Source of the DNA: a virus
Lineage: Duplodnaviria; Caudoviricetes
Length of the DNA: 31,597 nt
IMG/VR virus record: IMGVR_UViG_3300005805_000016
Coordinates: 1 to 31,597 of that record
Direction: 5' to 3' (one strand)
Shown: positions 15,274-25,985 of the stretch, in pieces
Layout of the letters: every line of letters starts with the position of its first letter
Numbering within the stretch: the stretch's first letter is position 1
Notes under the pieces: model-generated
What the model was told of the DNA's origin: nothing
The model's database searches: none
Seen by the model: only the letters and a program-made list of their open reading frames with translations
Program-made: the position numbers and the translations under genes

Positions 15274-16230
15274 TTATACAGTTACAACAAACTGATCAGA
15301 TAGTGCTTGAACACCAATTCTGTAAGAACAGTTTAGTAAAACATTATCTTCAGCTGGGTTGTAGTAGAGTTTTAAGCGGTCAACATCATCTGTTAAACCT
15401 ACACCTAGGAAAGCCATTGATTTTGGACCAATTGCAACATAAGGAACTGCAGGAGAACCAGCATCAAGAATTCCGCCAAATCCAACAATTTGAATTTTCG
15501 TTCCTGGCCAAGTGAAAGAGTTAGCTGGCATGCCAGAAACGTTGTTGATGTTAGCGTAAGGCTGTAGAATTGATACGCCTTTGTTAAGCAAAGCTTGAAC
15601 TAGTCTAGCGTAAGTAGGCATTGAAACATAAGCTACTAGATCTTCTTGCTGAAGTACAGCAGGATTAGCAGAAGCCAATGTGTCAATCAAGCCCCAGAAG
15701 CCATCAAATGCTGTAGTAACAGAAGAAAGATCTGAAGCATAAGCTGAACCATCGATTGATCCAGATGCAATAGAAATTTCTGACTGAAGTCCGTTGATAG
15801 TAGAACCATCACCTTGCCAGTAGAAAATTTCATTTTGTGCTGCGATTCTTTTTACCATGTAATCAGAAACTGCTTGTGCAAAAGGAATTGTCTCTTGATA
15901 TCCAGAAGCGGACATTTGAGAAGACAACCAGTAGTCTCTAAGATCATTAGGACAGAATGCATTCTTTACCATCTTAGTTGCGATGGTGATATTTTTTTGC
16001 GTGTAAACAATTTGGTTGTTACCAAGTTGTCCTGCGCCGAATCCGCAAGAGTAATCTTTAACATCAAGATTAGCTCCGAGGATGTTTAGTGCTACTGTTC
16101 CAGCGGAAAGTCCGGGCTTTACAGTAACAAATTGTGCTGTGACAGGAGAAAGAACTGCTTTGGAAATCAAACCTTGTGAGGTTTCATCGGTCCAAGCATT
16201 CAATCCTGCTAAATCAAATCCGTATGCCAT
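15274..16230 (-). CDS. Major capsid protein
   Basis: 318 aa after the scaffold and before a stem-loop; FCPNDLRDYW, IAAQNEIFYWQGD, as in HK97-fold MCPs of Bacteroidota phages. Confidence 0.85.
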   Translation of the reverse strand: MAYGFDLAGLNAWTDETSQGLISKAVLSPVTAQFVTVKPGLSAGTVALNILGANLDVKDYSCGFGAGQLGNNQIVYTQKNITIATKMVKNAFCPNDLRDYWLSSQMSASGYQETIPFAQAVSDYMVKRIAAQNEIFYWQGDGSTINGLQSEISIASGSIDGSAYASDLSSVTTAFDGFWGLIDTLASANPAVLQQEDLVAYVSMPTYARLVQALLNKGVSILQPYANINNVSGMPANSFTWPGTKIQIVGFGGILDAGSPAVPYVAIGPKSMAFLGVGLTDDVDRLKLYYNPAEDNVLLNCSYRIGVQALSDQFVVTV

Positions 16231-16242
16231 TTTATTTAATTT

Positions 16243-16812
16243 TTATTTTCTGAATGAATTTTTTAATTCATTTAAACGAGCGATTCTTGCATCTACTTCG
16301 TTAATTGGTTCATTAGACGTTTCAGAGAAAGTGGAAATTTTACCAGATGCTGGTGCTTTACTGAATTTTTCGAATTTTTCTTCCATCTTAGCGATCTTGC
16401 TTTTCATTTCAGCAACATCTTTAACAATGGGTTCCATAGCTAGTGCTACTTTTTTCATTGCTTCTTCGATTTTGTCTTCGATGGATACTTTTTCTTCCAT
16501 CTTTTCTTCTTCAGCAGGCTTTTCTTCAGCAGCTTGCTCAACTTCAATTTCTACTTTTGGTTCTTCAGCTTCGCCTTCTTCTACAGAAACTATTTTACCG
16601 CCTTCAGTTTTTACCTTTAGGCCGGAATCAGTTGTATGCTCCCCGTCAGGCGCAGGTTGCTTTCCTTCTTCTGTTACGACAAAAATGTCGAATCCAGGAG
16701 CGAATTCTTCAGCCTCAACCACGGTAGTGCCATCAACAAGTTTTGCTGTAGCTAGCTTCACGTTTAAACCAAGTACTAATCTAATTTGATTAAGTTTTGA
16801 TTTGTAAGTCAT
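16243..16812 (-). CDS. Capsid scaffolding-like protein
   Basis: KLVDGTTVVEAE...PAPDGEHT; acidic linker and coiled coil; between the protease and MCP. Confidence 0.7.
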   Translation of the reverse strand: MTYKSKLNQIRLVLGLNVKLATAKLVDGTTVVEAEEFAPGFDIFVVTEEGKQPAPDGEHTTDSGLKVKTEGGKIVSVEEGEAEEPKVEIEVEQAAEEKPAEEEKMEEKVSIEDKIEEAMKKVALAMEPIVKDVAEMKSKIAKMEEKFEKFSKAPASGKISTFSETSNEPINEVDARIARLNELKNSFRK

Positions 16813-16836
16813 TTGAGTGATTTTTATATTGATTTA

Positions 16837-16871
16837 CATTAGTAGATATGTGCAAATTTGATTTTGCCATA
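16837..16871 (-). promoter_or_regulatory. Phage late promoter motif, copy 2
   Basis: TATGGCAAAA-N10-ACATAT-CTAC-TAATG upstream of the scaffold gene. Confidence 0.7.
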
Positions 16872-16888
16872 TCTTGCACTAATTTTTT

Positions 16889-18196
16889 TTAAGAATTAAG
16901 AATGCGCATGATCTCTTCAACCATTTCTTTTTCTTTTTCTATATTTTCAAGTTCTTTTTTGTCTACGAAATTGCCTTCGATACTAAATCCTTTGTATTTA
17001 CCAGCTTTAACTGCTTCCCATACTGCAGGATCAGAAACTTTAAGCTTCAACATCCAGGTACCAACTGGTACATCTAAATTGTATTTAGTGTTAGCTTTAT
17101 CGGACAATGTCTCTACAAGCCAAGATTCAAAAACAAAGCTGTTTGCATTGACAGTTTCATCGTGTTCCAAGTTTGTGCTGTGGACTCTTAATTCTTTCAT
17201 GAATTTTTCAGCTACTTTAGCAATTGTTTCTTTGGAAAACTTCACATAGTATTCTTTACCGTCATCATCTCTACGATAGATTTCCATATCTGGAATCATT
17301 GCTGCTCCCACTATGATTTTCTGATCTTCGTCTGTGGCAAATTTGGTATTGTATTCGGAAATACGAGTAAACTTAGAATTTTTAATAGGCACACAGTTAG
17401 GAACCATACGTCCATTTAATTCTTTTAAGCCGTAAGCTATGTAACCATCCTCACATACATCTTCTAGATCATCTTTTTCATCAGCAAATTCTTCGTCTTT
17501 TAATGGTCCGCCATCTACATGTGCAAGACAAGAACGATTAGCATTACACTTAAAGTCAAAAAACTCACAATAACCAAGTTCTCCTGCATCTATTACATCT
17601 TCAGCATCTTCACCAATACCTTCTGCAATGCAGGCTTTCATTTTTTTGGTGATATTAAATGCTGCACAGTTACCACAAATTTCACCTTTAGCTTCTTCCA
17701 CTGGTACTTTCCATTTTGCTGCTACTTTGTCCCAGTAATCGCCAGGATTTTTAATATCTAACGGACCATACATTGCTTTGTCAATGGCTTTTTGTCTGTT
17801 AGCTAGATTTATTTCTATATCTAATGTGGCAGGAGGACAATCTTCTTGGAATTTCTTTTTCTTTTTAGGTACTTCGTCGACATATGGAGCTAAACCACTG
17901 GTATCGGTACCCATTTTTTTCTTAGCACTTTTGTTTTCGTAAGTGCTAATGCAAATTGCATAAGCTTGATCTTGTGCGTAACCTTCGTCACCAACTAATT
18001 TGCTCATACATCTGCCTATGAACTCGTCTTGGGTCTCTCCAGATTGAGGATCTACAAAGTTATGTTGTTTTAGATAAACCCAATATTTTTCGATAGCTGG
18101 CTCATCGACTAAACTTACCGCGGTCACTCCTGATTCTTCCAAATCTTCGATGACTGCTAGTTCAACGACACGCTTATTTTTTTCTGATTTTTCCAT
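16889..18196 (-). CDS. XkdF-like prohead serine protease with inserted Cys-rich modules
   Basis: AVSLVDEPAIE; IIVGAAMIPDMEIYR...TNLEHD...FESWLVE...GTWM...KGFSIEG; likely start MEKSEK at 18196. Confidence 0.82.
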   Translation of the reverse strand: MEKSEKNKRVVELAVIEDLEESGVTAVSLVDEPAIEKYWVYLKQHNFVDPQSGETQDEFIGRCMSKLVGDEGYAQDQAYAICISTYENKSAKKKMGTDTSGLAPYVDEVPKKKKKFQEDCPPATLDIEINLANRQKAIDKAMYGPLDIKNPGDYWDKVAAKWKVPVEEAKGEICGNCAAFNITKKMKACIAEGIGEDAEDVIDAGELGYCEFFDFKCNANRSCLAHVDGGPLKDEEFADEKDDLEDVCEDGYIAYGLKELNGRMVPNCVPIKNSKFTRISEYNTKFATDEDQKIIVGAAMIPDMEIYRRDDDGKEYYVKFSKETIAKVAEKFMKELRVHSTNLEHDETVNANSFVFESWLVETLSDKANTKYNLDVPVGTWMLKLKVSDPAVWEAVKAGKYKGFSIEGNFVDKKELENIEKEKEMVEEIMRILNS

Positions 18197-18212
18197 GTTG
18201 TGTTTATATATT

Positions 18213-18240
18213 TGAATATGCAAATCTTAGAGTTTGGCAA
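18213..18240 (-). promoter_or_regulatory. Phage late promoter motif, copy 3
   Basis: TTGCCAAAC-N10-GCATAT-TCA, overlapping the tape measure stop. Confidence 0.55.
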
Positions 18241-20788
18241 GATTCGCGATCTTCTTGTCTGCTTCTGCTTGACTGTAGAAGTCGGAAGCAACCACATAAG
18301 TCTTGATAATTGGAGTCTGTTGTTGATCTGCCATCATAGCTTGTAAATCGCTTATAGACGGCGTTATTCCTCCGTCTGCATATTTTCTATTACCAACAGA
18401 ATTAATCGCGTTTAAGAGTGGCATAAATGAGCGTGTGGACCGTTTATTAACCACGAACTCACCACCTTCTAATTCCCCATAACCAGTTTTAATTCCGCCT
18501 TGGGAATGGGATGGACCAGTTAGCAATCCACCTTTAGCAAATTTGCTTCCAGTTGATGCAGGTGCGGCTGCGCCCCCGCCAGTGTCAATATTCTTACCTA
18601 GATCTTTGGGATTCTTACCGAATAAAGCTTTAGCTTGCATGAAAGCTGTGGCAATCAAAGCAAGAGTGGAAGCCACCGCAATAAGGTTAGTTGGAAAACC
18701 TTTGGCTAAATCTTTACCAATACCTTTAAAGGCATCCACTAAAGCTAATGTGGTTCCAACTAAAGCTAAACCTTGTTGGACTTTAATTAACACTCTACCA
18801 GCAGCGGTTTCTTCTCCCATTGCCTGAGCAAGTTGTCCAGTCGATGCTGCTAATTGATTTACAGCATCAACTCTTTGTTGAGATGCATCTCTTAAAAGTT
18901 GTTGATTTTGTAAAGATGCCCGAGTATAATCTGCTTCTGCAATTTTACCTTTTGCATAAGCATCATCTAAAGCTTTTTGAGAGTCTGCTATTGCAGTTTT
19001 GGTCTTAGCAAAATTACCTTCTGCTTTTAGCATGGCTTTGTCCATGCTTTCGTTTAGTTTGTTCCAAAAATCTTCTCCAACTGCAGCATTAGTTTGGTTC
19101 TTGACATCTTCTGTCACAGCAGCATTAAAGGTCTTTAATTTTTCTGCGTATTTTTCTGCAGTAAGAGTACCATTTGCTAATGCTTCGTCTAGCTTTTCTT
19201 TAAATGCTTGTTTACGTTTTTCGCCGTCATCTTTAATACCTTGTAATTGTTTTTCTAAACCTTCTTTTAAAGTATTAAATTGTTCGTCAGCAATTTGCTC
19301 GTCAATTTCTTTTATGCTTTCGGCTTGCTCTTCCTTGGCGCTTTTGATGGCTTCGTTGTTAGTGGTTTGCTGTTTGATGTAGGCTGCGTCAAGGTTGTTC
19401 TTTTGAATAAGAAGTGCTTGATACTCTGCAGAATCTTTTTCATAAAGAGCCATTTTATCGTTAATGGCTTTTGCTTCTGTTTGGTAGGTTTGTTGGGCTT
19501 GGGCTTGTTCATCTTTTAATGCTTGTATTGTGTCTTGCGATTTAGTTTTATTCGCATCAGCAAGAGCTTGTTGGCTTTTTGCTAGTTCTTTTGCACGATC
19601 TATTTCTCCAGCAAGTGCAGCATCGATCAACTTTTCGTTGTCTTTGATTGCTTTGGTTCTTGCTGCACCAGAAAGTTTTTCTAGTTCTAGTTTTTTATTT
19701 AGAAGTTCTCTTAGTCTTTTTTCGTCAATTTTATCTTTGGTAATTTCAAGATCTATCAGTGCTTGATTTTCTGCTTTTTTGCGAGTTAATTCTTTATCTG
19801 CAGCTTCTTTAGCTTTGGAAGCATCTTCTTTAGCAGCTTCGTCTGCTTTTTTCTTTTCGTCTGCTTGGAATTTTGCTTCTTCTACAGCTAATTTTGTTTT
19901 AAGATCGCGAAATTGTTTAGCTTCTTCATCGGTTAATTTGCCCTTTTCCTTTAAAGTTGCTCTTAAAAAAGCTAATTCATTTTCAATTAATTGCTTTTTC
20001 TTATCATGAATTTCTTTAGCACTTGCACCTTGTGCTTCTAAAATAGCAATTTCTGCTTCTAATCCTTCGTTAACACGATCTGTAGATTTTCTGAATTTAG
20101 CTAAATCACGTTCTCCTTGAGAAGTTACTCCAAAAAAATCTGTTACCGCATTTTTAACAGAAGTAAATAATTCACCAACTACTTTTAAACCTGGAATGAA
20201 ATTTAAAACAGCTTTTTTAATATCATCAAAATGTCCAATTAAAAGGCCTAAACCAGTAACTAATGCACCAACTCCTGTTACAGCTAAAGCGCCTGAAAAT
20301 ATTTTCATTCCTGTAGATGCAGTCTTAGTTGCTTTTTCTGTTGCAACAAAACCATTAGCTAAAATTCTATTTGTTGCATCGTAAATTTTAGTAATTCCTG
20401 TTAATTTTAAAATAGAACTTCCAACATCTTTAACATCTCCTGCTAGATTTTTAAACTGCGCTTTAACATCAGATGTTTTAAATGCACCAAAAATTTTGAA
20501 AGAATCTACTGCTTGATTAACAGAAGAACTAATGCCACCAATTGGACCAGGCAACAAAGAAAATGTACCATAAATGTCTTTGCTTTTTATATTAACACGA
20601 TCAATCGCATCTCTTGTATCATTTAATGCATTATTTAAAATATTAAATTCTTTAGCTGATTCTGGGGTTTTTAGAAGTTCTTTTTGCAGAACTCTTTGCC
20701 TCTCCGCCAGGGAAAGCGTACGGTCCGAAGCTATTTCTAAACTTTCGGATTCTAAATCAAATTTAATTTCTATTTTACCTTTGGCCAT
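18227..20788 (-). CDS. Tape measure protein
   Basis: 853 aa; TGVGALVTGLGLLI, long Ala/Lys/Glu coiled coil, FAKGGLLTGPSHSQGG..ELEGGEFVVN, IKTYVVASD. Confidence 0.88.
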   Translation of the reverse strand: MAKGKIEIKFDLESESLEIASDRTLSLAERQRVLQKELLKTPESAKEFNILNNALNDTRDAIDRVNIKSKDIYGTFSLLPGPIGGISSSVNQAVDSFKIFGAFKTSDVKAQFKNLAGDVKDVGSSILKLTGITKIYDATNRILANGFVATEKATKTASTGMKIFSGALAVTGVGALVTGLGLLIGHFDDIKKAVLNFIPGLKVVGELFTSVKNAVTDFFGVTSQGERDLAKFRKSTDRVNEGLEAEIAILEAQGASAKEIHDKKKQLIENELAFLRATLKEKGKLTDEEAKQFRDLKTKLAVEEAKFQADEKKKADEAAKEDASKAKEAADKELTRKKAENQALIDLEITKDKIDEKRLRELLNKKLELEKLSGAARTKAIKDNEKLIDAALAGEIDRAKELAKSQQALADANKTKSQDTIQALKDEQAQAQQTYQTEAKAINDKMALYEKDSAEYQALLIQKNNLDAAYIKQQTTNNEAIKSAKEEQAESIKEIDEQIADEQFNTLKEGLEKQLQGIKDDGEKRKQAFKEKLDEALANGTLTAEKYAEKLKTFNAAVTEDVKNQTNAAVGEDFWNKLNESMDKAMLKAEGNFAKTKTAIADSQKALDDAYAKGKIAEADYTRASLQNQQLLRDASQQRVDAVNQLAASTGQLAQAMGEETAAGRVLIKVQQGLALVGTTLALVDAFKGIGKDLAKGFPTNLIAVASTLALIATAFMQAKALFGKNPKDLGKNIDTGGGAAAPASTGSKFAKGGLLTGPSHSQGGIKTGYGELEGGEFVVNKRSTRSFMPLLNAINSVGNRKYADGGITPSISDLQAMMADQQQTPIIKTYVVASDFYSQAEADKKIANLAKL

Positions 20789-20802
20789 TTTAGTAATTTA
20801 TT

Positions 20803-21846
20803 TTAAGGAATTTGGCAGTTTTGATAACAGTATACTGCTAATTCAACTTGATCTCCAGAATCTATTTGCACGTTATCAATTTGAATATAAGGCGTGAAAG
20901 TAAATTGTTGGCTATAAGACGGACTTGGATTTCCGTTTATGAAAATATACACATATCCACAATTTCCAGTTCCTGGTAAATTAGTTGTCACGTTTATCTG
21001 GATAGAATTTGTCGGACTTCCGTAAGTAATACCATTTGGATTAGTTTTATAACCATACAAAGTGGAAGTTAATGGGAAATCACTAGGTCCTTCTAAGTTG
21101 CCCATGAAATAACCGTTAATACCAACATCATAGATGTAACCAAATCCACATGAAGCATTTCTAATCGTCCAGTTAGATCCTTGAGGTGTTGGTGGAGGAG
21201 TTGCACATGCGGTCATTTCTGTAGAAGATGCAGGATTAGTACCTGTTGACCAACTAAATCTCACACTATTACCACTAGTTAAATTATCAGTTTTAGTTAA
21301 AGTATAATTATAACTGCCTGGGGCAAGTGTAATATAACCATTACTGTTACTTCCTCCTTGCGACGAATAAAAAGTTTGACCGGACGATGTAATAGTATCG
21401 CTGCCATTTGCATTAATACTATTAATAGTCATACTATAAATTGCAGTACCTGAAGTACTTCCTGCTGTATTATATTTTGCCCACACATTAACACTAGATC
21501 CAGTAACAGTTATTGTACCAGTTGAAGTGCTACCTGCACCACCAGAAACTGGATAAACTCCAGTTTGTGAAATGTAACAAGCTGCTGCTGGAGGTGGAGT
21601 TGGTGTTGGTCCAGGTCCAGTACCACATGGATGGAAATCTATTGGAATGATTAAGCTTGTTCCAACACAATTTCCAGAAGTTGCTGTCACAGTTATTTGT
21701 GTTGCAAGATCGTTAGCAGTTACTTGAATACCACCTAACAAAGCTAATCTGGTAACTCCAGTTGCCACGTTAGTGTAACCATCATTAAGGGTAAATGGTC
21801 CTGCATCTGTTCCGATTGTTGATATTTGTACGTTTACTGTTGCCAT
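20803..21846 (-). CDS. Ser/Thr/Gly-rich virion protein (tail tip or decoration)
   Basis: 347 aa; GTDAGPFTL N-terminus, PTPTPPP linkers, beta-rich domains. Confidence 0.6.
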   Translation of the reverse strand: MATVNVQISTIGTDAGPFTLNDGYTNVATGVTRLALLGGIQVTANDLATQITVTATSGNCVGTSLIIPIDFHPCGTGPGPTPTPPPAAACYISQTGVYPVSGGAGSTSTGTITVTGSSVNVWAKYNTAGSTSGTAIYSMTINSINANGSDTITSSGQTFYSSQGGSNSNGYITLAPGSYNYTLTKTDNLTSGNSVRFSWSTGTNPASSTEMTACATPPPTPQGSNWTIRNASCGFGYIYDVGINGYFMGNLEGPSDFPLTSTLYGYKTNPNGITYGSPTNSIQINVTTNLPGTGNCGYVYIFINGNPSPSYSQQFTFTPYIQIDNVQIDSGDQVELAVYCYQNCQIP

Positions 21847-21847
21847 A

Positions 21848-24800
21848 TTATGAAGTACATGATACTGTTTGTGTTAAATCCGTTCCTGATATTGTGAATG
21901 GCGTACCGCTTCTTGCACAAATAGAAGTTAAAGGTGCCACTGTTTCTGCGTAATGGAAGTTACCATCGCAATCTTGCCAATCACCAGTCCAATTAGAAAA
22001 AGATTCATTAGTGTAATAGAAACAAGAAGTAGAACATACGATGTTAACCGAAAAAGAATCTGAAATTGGATTTAACGGATCTGCAGGTCCTGCTTCTACT
22101 AATAAATAAAGACCTTGTGCAGTATTATAAACAGTGGAAAGAGTTCCTGAAGTTGGTGTACTTAACGAAGCACCCCACGGACCTGGATAGCTAGCAAATC
22201 CTTTCCAACCGCTTGTAGAAATAAATCCTGAATTATCATACCAAGTAAATCTATTTGGTCTGTCAAATACTTCGTACTGTGCAGTTATTTGCGTAGACGT
22301 TTCGCCGTCACAAATATAATATTCCGCATACTGATGATAATCTTCACCATTATAAGAGCCGTTAATAAATTGTCCACAAGCATTACATGGAGGTGGTTCA
22401 GGTCCTGTGCAATTTCCATCTATAAATAATGTTCCATTTTGTACAAATCCATATCCATCGTTATCTACAAATAGCGGATCACAACATGCTGTGAAATCGT
22501 TATCGATAACATAGACTGAATTTGTGTTATCTATAATACAAGAAGGCGTAACGCATTTCCATGCTACTCCGCCTGTTAAAGCACAATCATAAACTGCACC
22601 AGTTAAATTAACACTAAATCTATTTTCTGCACCAGTAACAGATGCATTAATAGGAGCATAAGTATAATTTCCAAATCTAACAGTGTTTTGTATGTTTAAT
22701 GTTGTGTTAGTTTGTTCAATTGAAGTTCGGAAAGTACCTGTAGTATGTGCTGCACCATAAGTTAATGAACCTCTTAAAAAAGTATTAGGAGCAATAGGTC
22801 CAGTGTAATTAAATGTTGCACCTGTTGCAATTGTAGAAATATCTTTGGAGTATTCATACATCCATAAAGCTCCATCTGTAGATTTTTCTATTCCAAAACT
22901 ACCTGTTCCGTTAACGGTAGAAAAGAAATCAAAATAATAATTATTGGTTTCGTTAGCACAAGGTAAACAAGTACCAGGATCTCCGGTTGCTGCTACTGCA
23001 CCAGATCCACCAGCCACTTGAACTGCATCAAATCCGTCAAAGTACCAACCATCTCCAACTGGAGTTCCTGATTGGTCTGAATACAAATAAGTTGCTAATC
23101 CTAGATCTGGATCGTTCCCGTACCAGAATTGCATTTGTGCTCCTGTGCAACACACCGCAGCACATAGACTTGGTCCGGTACAACCATTAAAAACAGTTAA
23201 GTCGTAAATGTCGCAATTGCACGAAGAACATAAACCAGTTTGTCCAGGAATTCCATTAGTAATATAAACATATTTCCCGTCTGCTGCATACCAACCCGTT
23301 GAAGCAGCTCCACCAGTCGAATTTGCAAAAAAGAAAGTGTTTTCATTCCAATTAGATCCATTATTTTCTACCCAAATAGTACCTGTTGCCCCTTGACAGC
23401 AACATGCTTCGCAATATGTTCCAGTTCCAGGAAAGAAACAAATAGATTTAGGATCTAATTCTGGAATACATTCGCAACCTGAACTGACAATTGGAGTGAC
23501 AGCCGTTACAACGCCTTCTCCATTAACCGTATAAACATTTGTATTATTAGAATAATAACCCGTTATTCCTGGTTGTGTTGCGGAAGCATTTAAGTAAATA
23601 ACTGAACCTCCAGTTAAATTTGGAGCATCAGCAGAAAATATAGTTGTGATTGGAGAGTTGTATAAACAACATGCAGCTTCACAAAGTGTATTTGGAGAAT
23701 AACAAATATCTGTTATCGGTAAAAACACATTGGGTAATTGCACACCGATATTGTTTAATTTATAAAGTACAACTTTACAAGGAGATTTTTCTTTTGGATT
23801 AAAACCATTTATAGAGTTAACTAAATAATAAGCATCTTTAACAAAAATCTTATCGTTAAATCTAAGATCTAATAAATCTTTATAATCTAAAATAAATTCA
23901 CCTTCGAACAGATAAGAAAAATCTTTATCTATTGTTGTTCCTTCTGGAGTAGTTGCAGTTTCTCCATAACAAGAGTAATACCATTTAGACCAATATTGGT
24001 CAAAGTTATAAATCTTAGCTCTACCGTTTGGATTTCCTACTATTGTTGTATCCCATTGTGGTTCTGCATAAGTCCAATCTAAACTTTGGGCATTTGTATC
24101 CCATGGATGTGGCCAATAAGCACTCATCAATGGATAAGTGTTTAATGGTGTGGTGTCAACAAAATACCAATCTTTAGGTGCACCAGTTAATCCGTAGTAA
24201 AAACCTAGTCTTAATTTTGGTTGAATAGGAGTACGTCTACCTGGACCATCTTTTGTGGTTTCGTCTTTAGCAAGATGTGGTACTAAGAATTTTTCAGCTG
24301 CAGTAATATCAGCAGCTGAAGCTCCGGCTCCGTATCCAATTGGAGCCAAAGGTAAAGGAGCAAAAATAGTTTTTATTTCTTTAGAATCTCTTAAGATTTC
24401 TATGTAAGAATCTTGATTTAATTGTCCGTAACTTTGTTTTTGAGCTTGCTGATAATTGTAGTTTACATAATCAGAATCTTCGTCATCTTTAAAAGTCATG
24501 AAACGATTCTGCGTTTGGAAAACTGGCGTTAATTTATAGTCTTTTTCAGCAGCTAGTTTGTCGGTCCAATCTCTTAAAATACCTCCTTTAATCCATTCGC
24601 TCCAAGGTTCGATATAAAACTTTTTCTCGTCTTGAAAAGTAGGTTCAAATACAAGTTTAAACTTTTCAGAAATTCCTTTAATAAAATCTATTTGCTTGAT
24701 CTGATCTGGTAGATTGTTATTAGGTATAATTGTAGAACCAGGAGAAGTAGATAAAACAATGTTACCGCTGTTTACCCAGTATTCCACATTTTGTTCTATG

Positions 24801-25984
24801 TTAACAAATGCTACCCAAAAATAAATTTGATCACCAGCAACAAAGTTTAAATCTGGCGTTGTAATACTAAAATTTTCTTGGCTTTGTCCGTTTGTAAAAT
24901 AGGCGTTAGCAGCAGATCCTGGCCAGGTGTTACTATAATTAGAGTTACCTTGTTTAAGATAAAAAATAAGATATTCATTACCAGTAAATGTGTTACCGAA
25001 AGTATCCATTCTACCAGTAATTGTAAAAGCATATTGTCCATCTGCATTGACTGTGAAAACTCCTTGAGAAGGATTTAAATTAGAAGCATAATCAAAAAGT
25101 ACAGTTTGTGGACTAACAATTAAAGGAGATGGAACAGAACCGTTACTTTGTGGTCCAAAATTAAATCCATAATAAGTAAAATTTAAACCTATGGTTTGAT
25201 TAATTTCTGCTCTTGCTTCTCTGTCGGTCAGTAAATACAGATCAGTAAATAAATTACTACTTAAAAAATCACTTTCGTAAGTGTATTCTGTTTGTGCAAA
25301 AATACGATCCCAAATTGCTTTTACTCTCATGGCTGGTTTCATCTGTCCAGTATTGAGTGGAAAAACAGAAGAGGTAAATGGTTTAGATCCAGTTGTTGAT
25401 AAAGTTGGAATTGTAGGTATGGTATTATTGCCACTACCTGTATAGTTATATCCCCATTCGCAAAGAGGATAAACTATATCTCCACTAAATAAACCCCTGT
25501 TCCAAGAATTAACAATTGTTTGTCTGTCTTTTGGATGCACTAAATCACTCACATCTAGATTACTAAGATAACCACCTTGTTGATTTGCTTGCGTACCTAA
25601 TCCAATTTGTGAGGCAAAGTCAGAAAGTTCGTTAACAAAAACGATTTCATATTCTACATTTCCCGTACGTTCATTACGGAAAACATTTAACAACTGAATG
25701 TTACCATTCATGTAGAATTGTCCTTCCGAATTTAAATAAGCTTGTGCTTTTTTACTTGGATCAAATATTGTTTGGTTAACGTTGAAAATTTGTTGAAAAA
25801 ATTTACCGTTAATATAGGAATGAGGAACTCTAAAAGTTTGGGAATAAGAAGCAACAGTTAACGTGGGTTCTGTTACATCTTGCACTCGTAAATTTAATCG
25901 CACAGGTTCTGTTTCAAATAAATCTAACAGTGTCCATTCTGTGGATCCGTATCTGCGTGCAAAAAGTTGTAGCGTTGCGTTCAT
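21848..25984 (-). CDS. Large tail-tip/hub protein with Cys-rich C-terminal repeats
   Basis: 1378 aa; LDLFETEPVRLN...YSQTFRVP, QIDFIKGISEKFKL, DWTDKL. Confidence 0.75.
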   Translation of the reverse strand: MNATLQLFARRYGSTEWTLLDLFETEPVRLNLRVQDVTEPTLTVASYSQTFRVPHSYINGKFFQQIFNVNQTIFDPSKKAQAYLNSEGQFYMNGNIQLLNVFRNERTGNVEYEIVFVNELSDFASQIGLGTQANQQGGYLSNLDVSDLVHPKDRQTIVNSWNRGLFSGDIVYPLCEWGYNYTGSGNNTIPTIPTLSTTGSKPFTSSVFPLNTGQMKPAMRVKAIWDRIFAQTEYTYESDFLSSNLFTDLYLLTDREARAEINQTIGLNFTYYGFNFGPQSNGSVPSPLIVSPQTVLFDYASNLNPSQGVFTVNADGQYAFTITGRMDTFGNTFTGNEYLIFYLKQGNSNYSNTWPGSAANAYFTNGQSQENFSITTPDLNFVAGDQIYFWVAFVNIEQNVEYWVNSGNIVLSTSPGSTIIPNNNLPDQIKQIDFIKGISEKFKLVFEPTFQDEKKFYIEPWSEWIKGGILRDWTDKLAAEKDYKLTPVFQTQNRFMTFKDDEDSDYVNYNYQQAQKQSYGQLNQDSYIEILRDSKEIKTIFAPLPLAPIGYGAGASAADITAAEKFLVPHLAKDETTKDGPGRRTPIQPKLRLGFYYGLTGAPKDWYFVDTTPLNTYPLMSAYWPHPWDTNAQSLDWTYAEPQWDTTIVGNPNGRAKIYNFDQYWSKWYYSCYGETATTPEGTTIDKDFSYLFEGEFILDYKDLLDLRFNDKIFVKDAYYLVNSINGFNPKEKSPCKVVLYKLNNIGVQLPNVFLPITDICYSPNTLCEAACCLYNSPITTIFSADAPNLTGGSVIYLNASATQPGITGYYSNNTNVYTVNGEGVVTAVTPIVSSGCECIPELDPKSICFFPGTGTYCEACCCQGATGTIWVENNGSNWNENTFFFANSTGGAASTGWYAADGKYVYITNGIPGQTGLCSSCNCDIYDLTVFNGCTGPSLCAAVCCTGAQMQFWYGNDPDLGLATYLYSDQSGTPVGDGWYFDGFDAVQVAGGSGAVAATGDPGTCLPCANETNNYYFDFFSTVNGTGSFGIEKSTDGALWMYEYSKDISTIATGATFNYTGPIAPNTFLRGSLTYGAAHTTGTFRTSIEQTNTTLNIQNTVRFGNYTYAPINASVTGAENRFSVNLTGAVYDCALTGGVAWKCVTPSCIIDNTNSVYVIDNDFTACCDPLFVDNDGYGFVQNGTLFIDGNCTGPEPPPCNACGQFINGSYNGEDYHQYAEYYICDGETSTQITAQYEVFDRPNRFTWYDNSGFISTSGWKGFASYPGPWGASLSTPTSGTLSTVYNTAQGLYLLVEAGPADPLNPISDSFSVNIVCSTSCFYYTNESFSNWTGDWQDCDGNFHYAETVAPLTSICARSGTPFTISGTDLTQTVSCTS

Positions 25985-25985
25985 C

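Noticed and set aside
16082-16789. 235-aa plus-strand ORF (also 11086-11511, 13374-13853 and other plus-strand ORFs in the structural region)
   Set aside because: Antisense shadows of repetitive or biased minus-strand genes (Ser/Phe- or Pro/Val-rich mirror composition)
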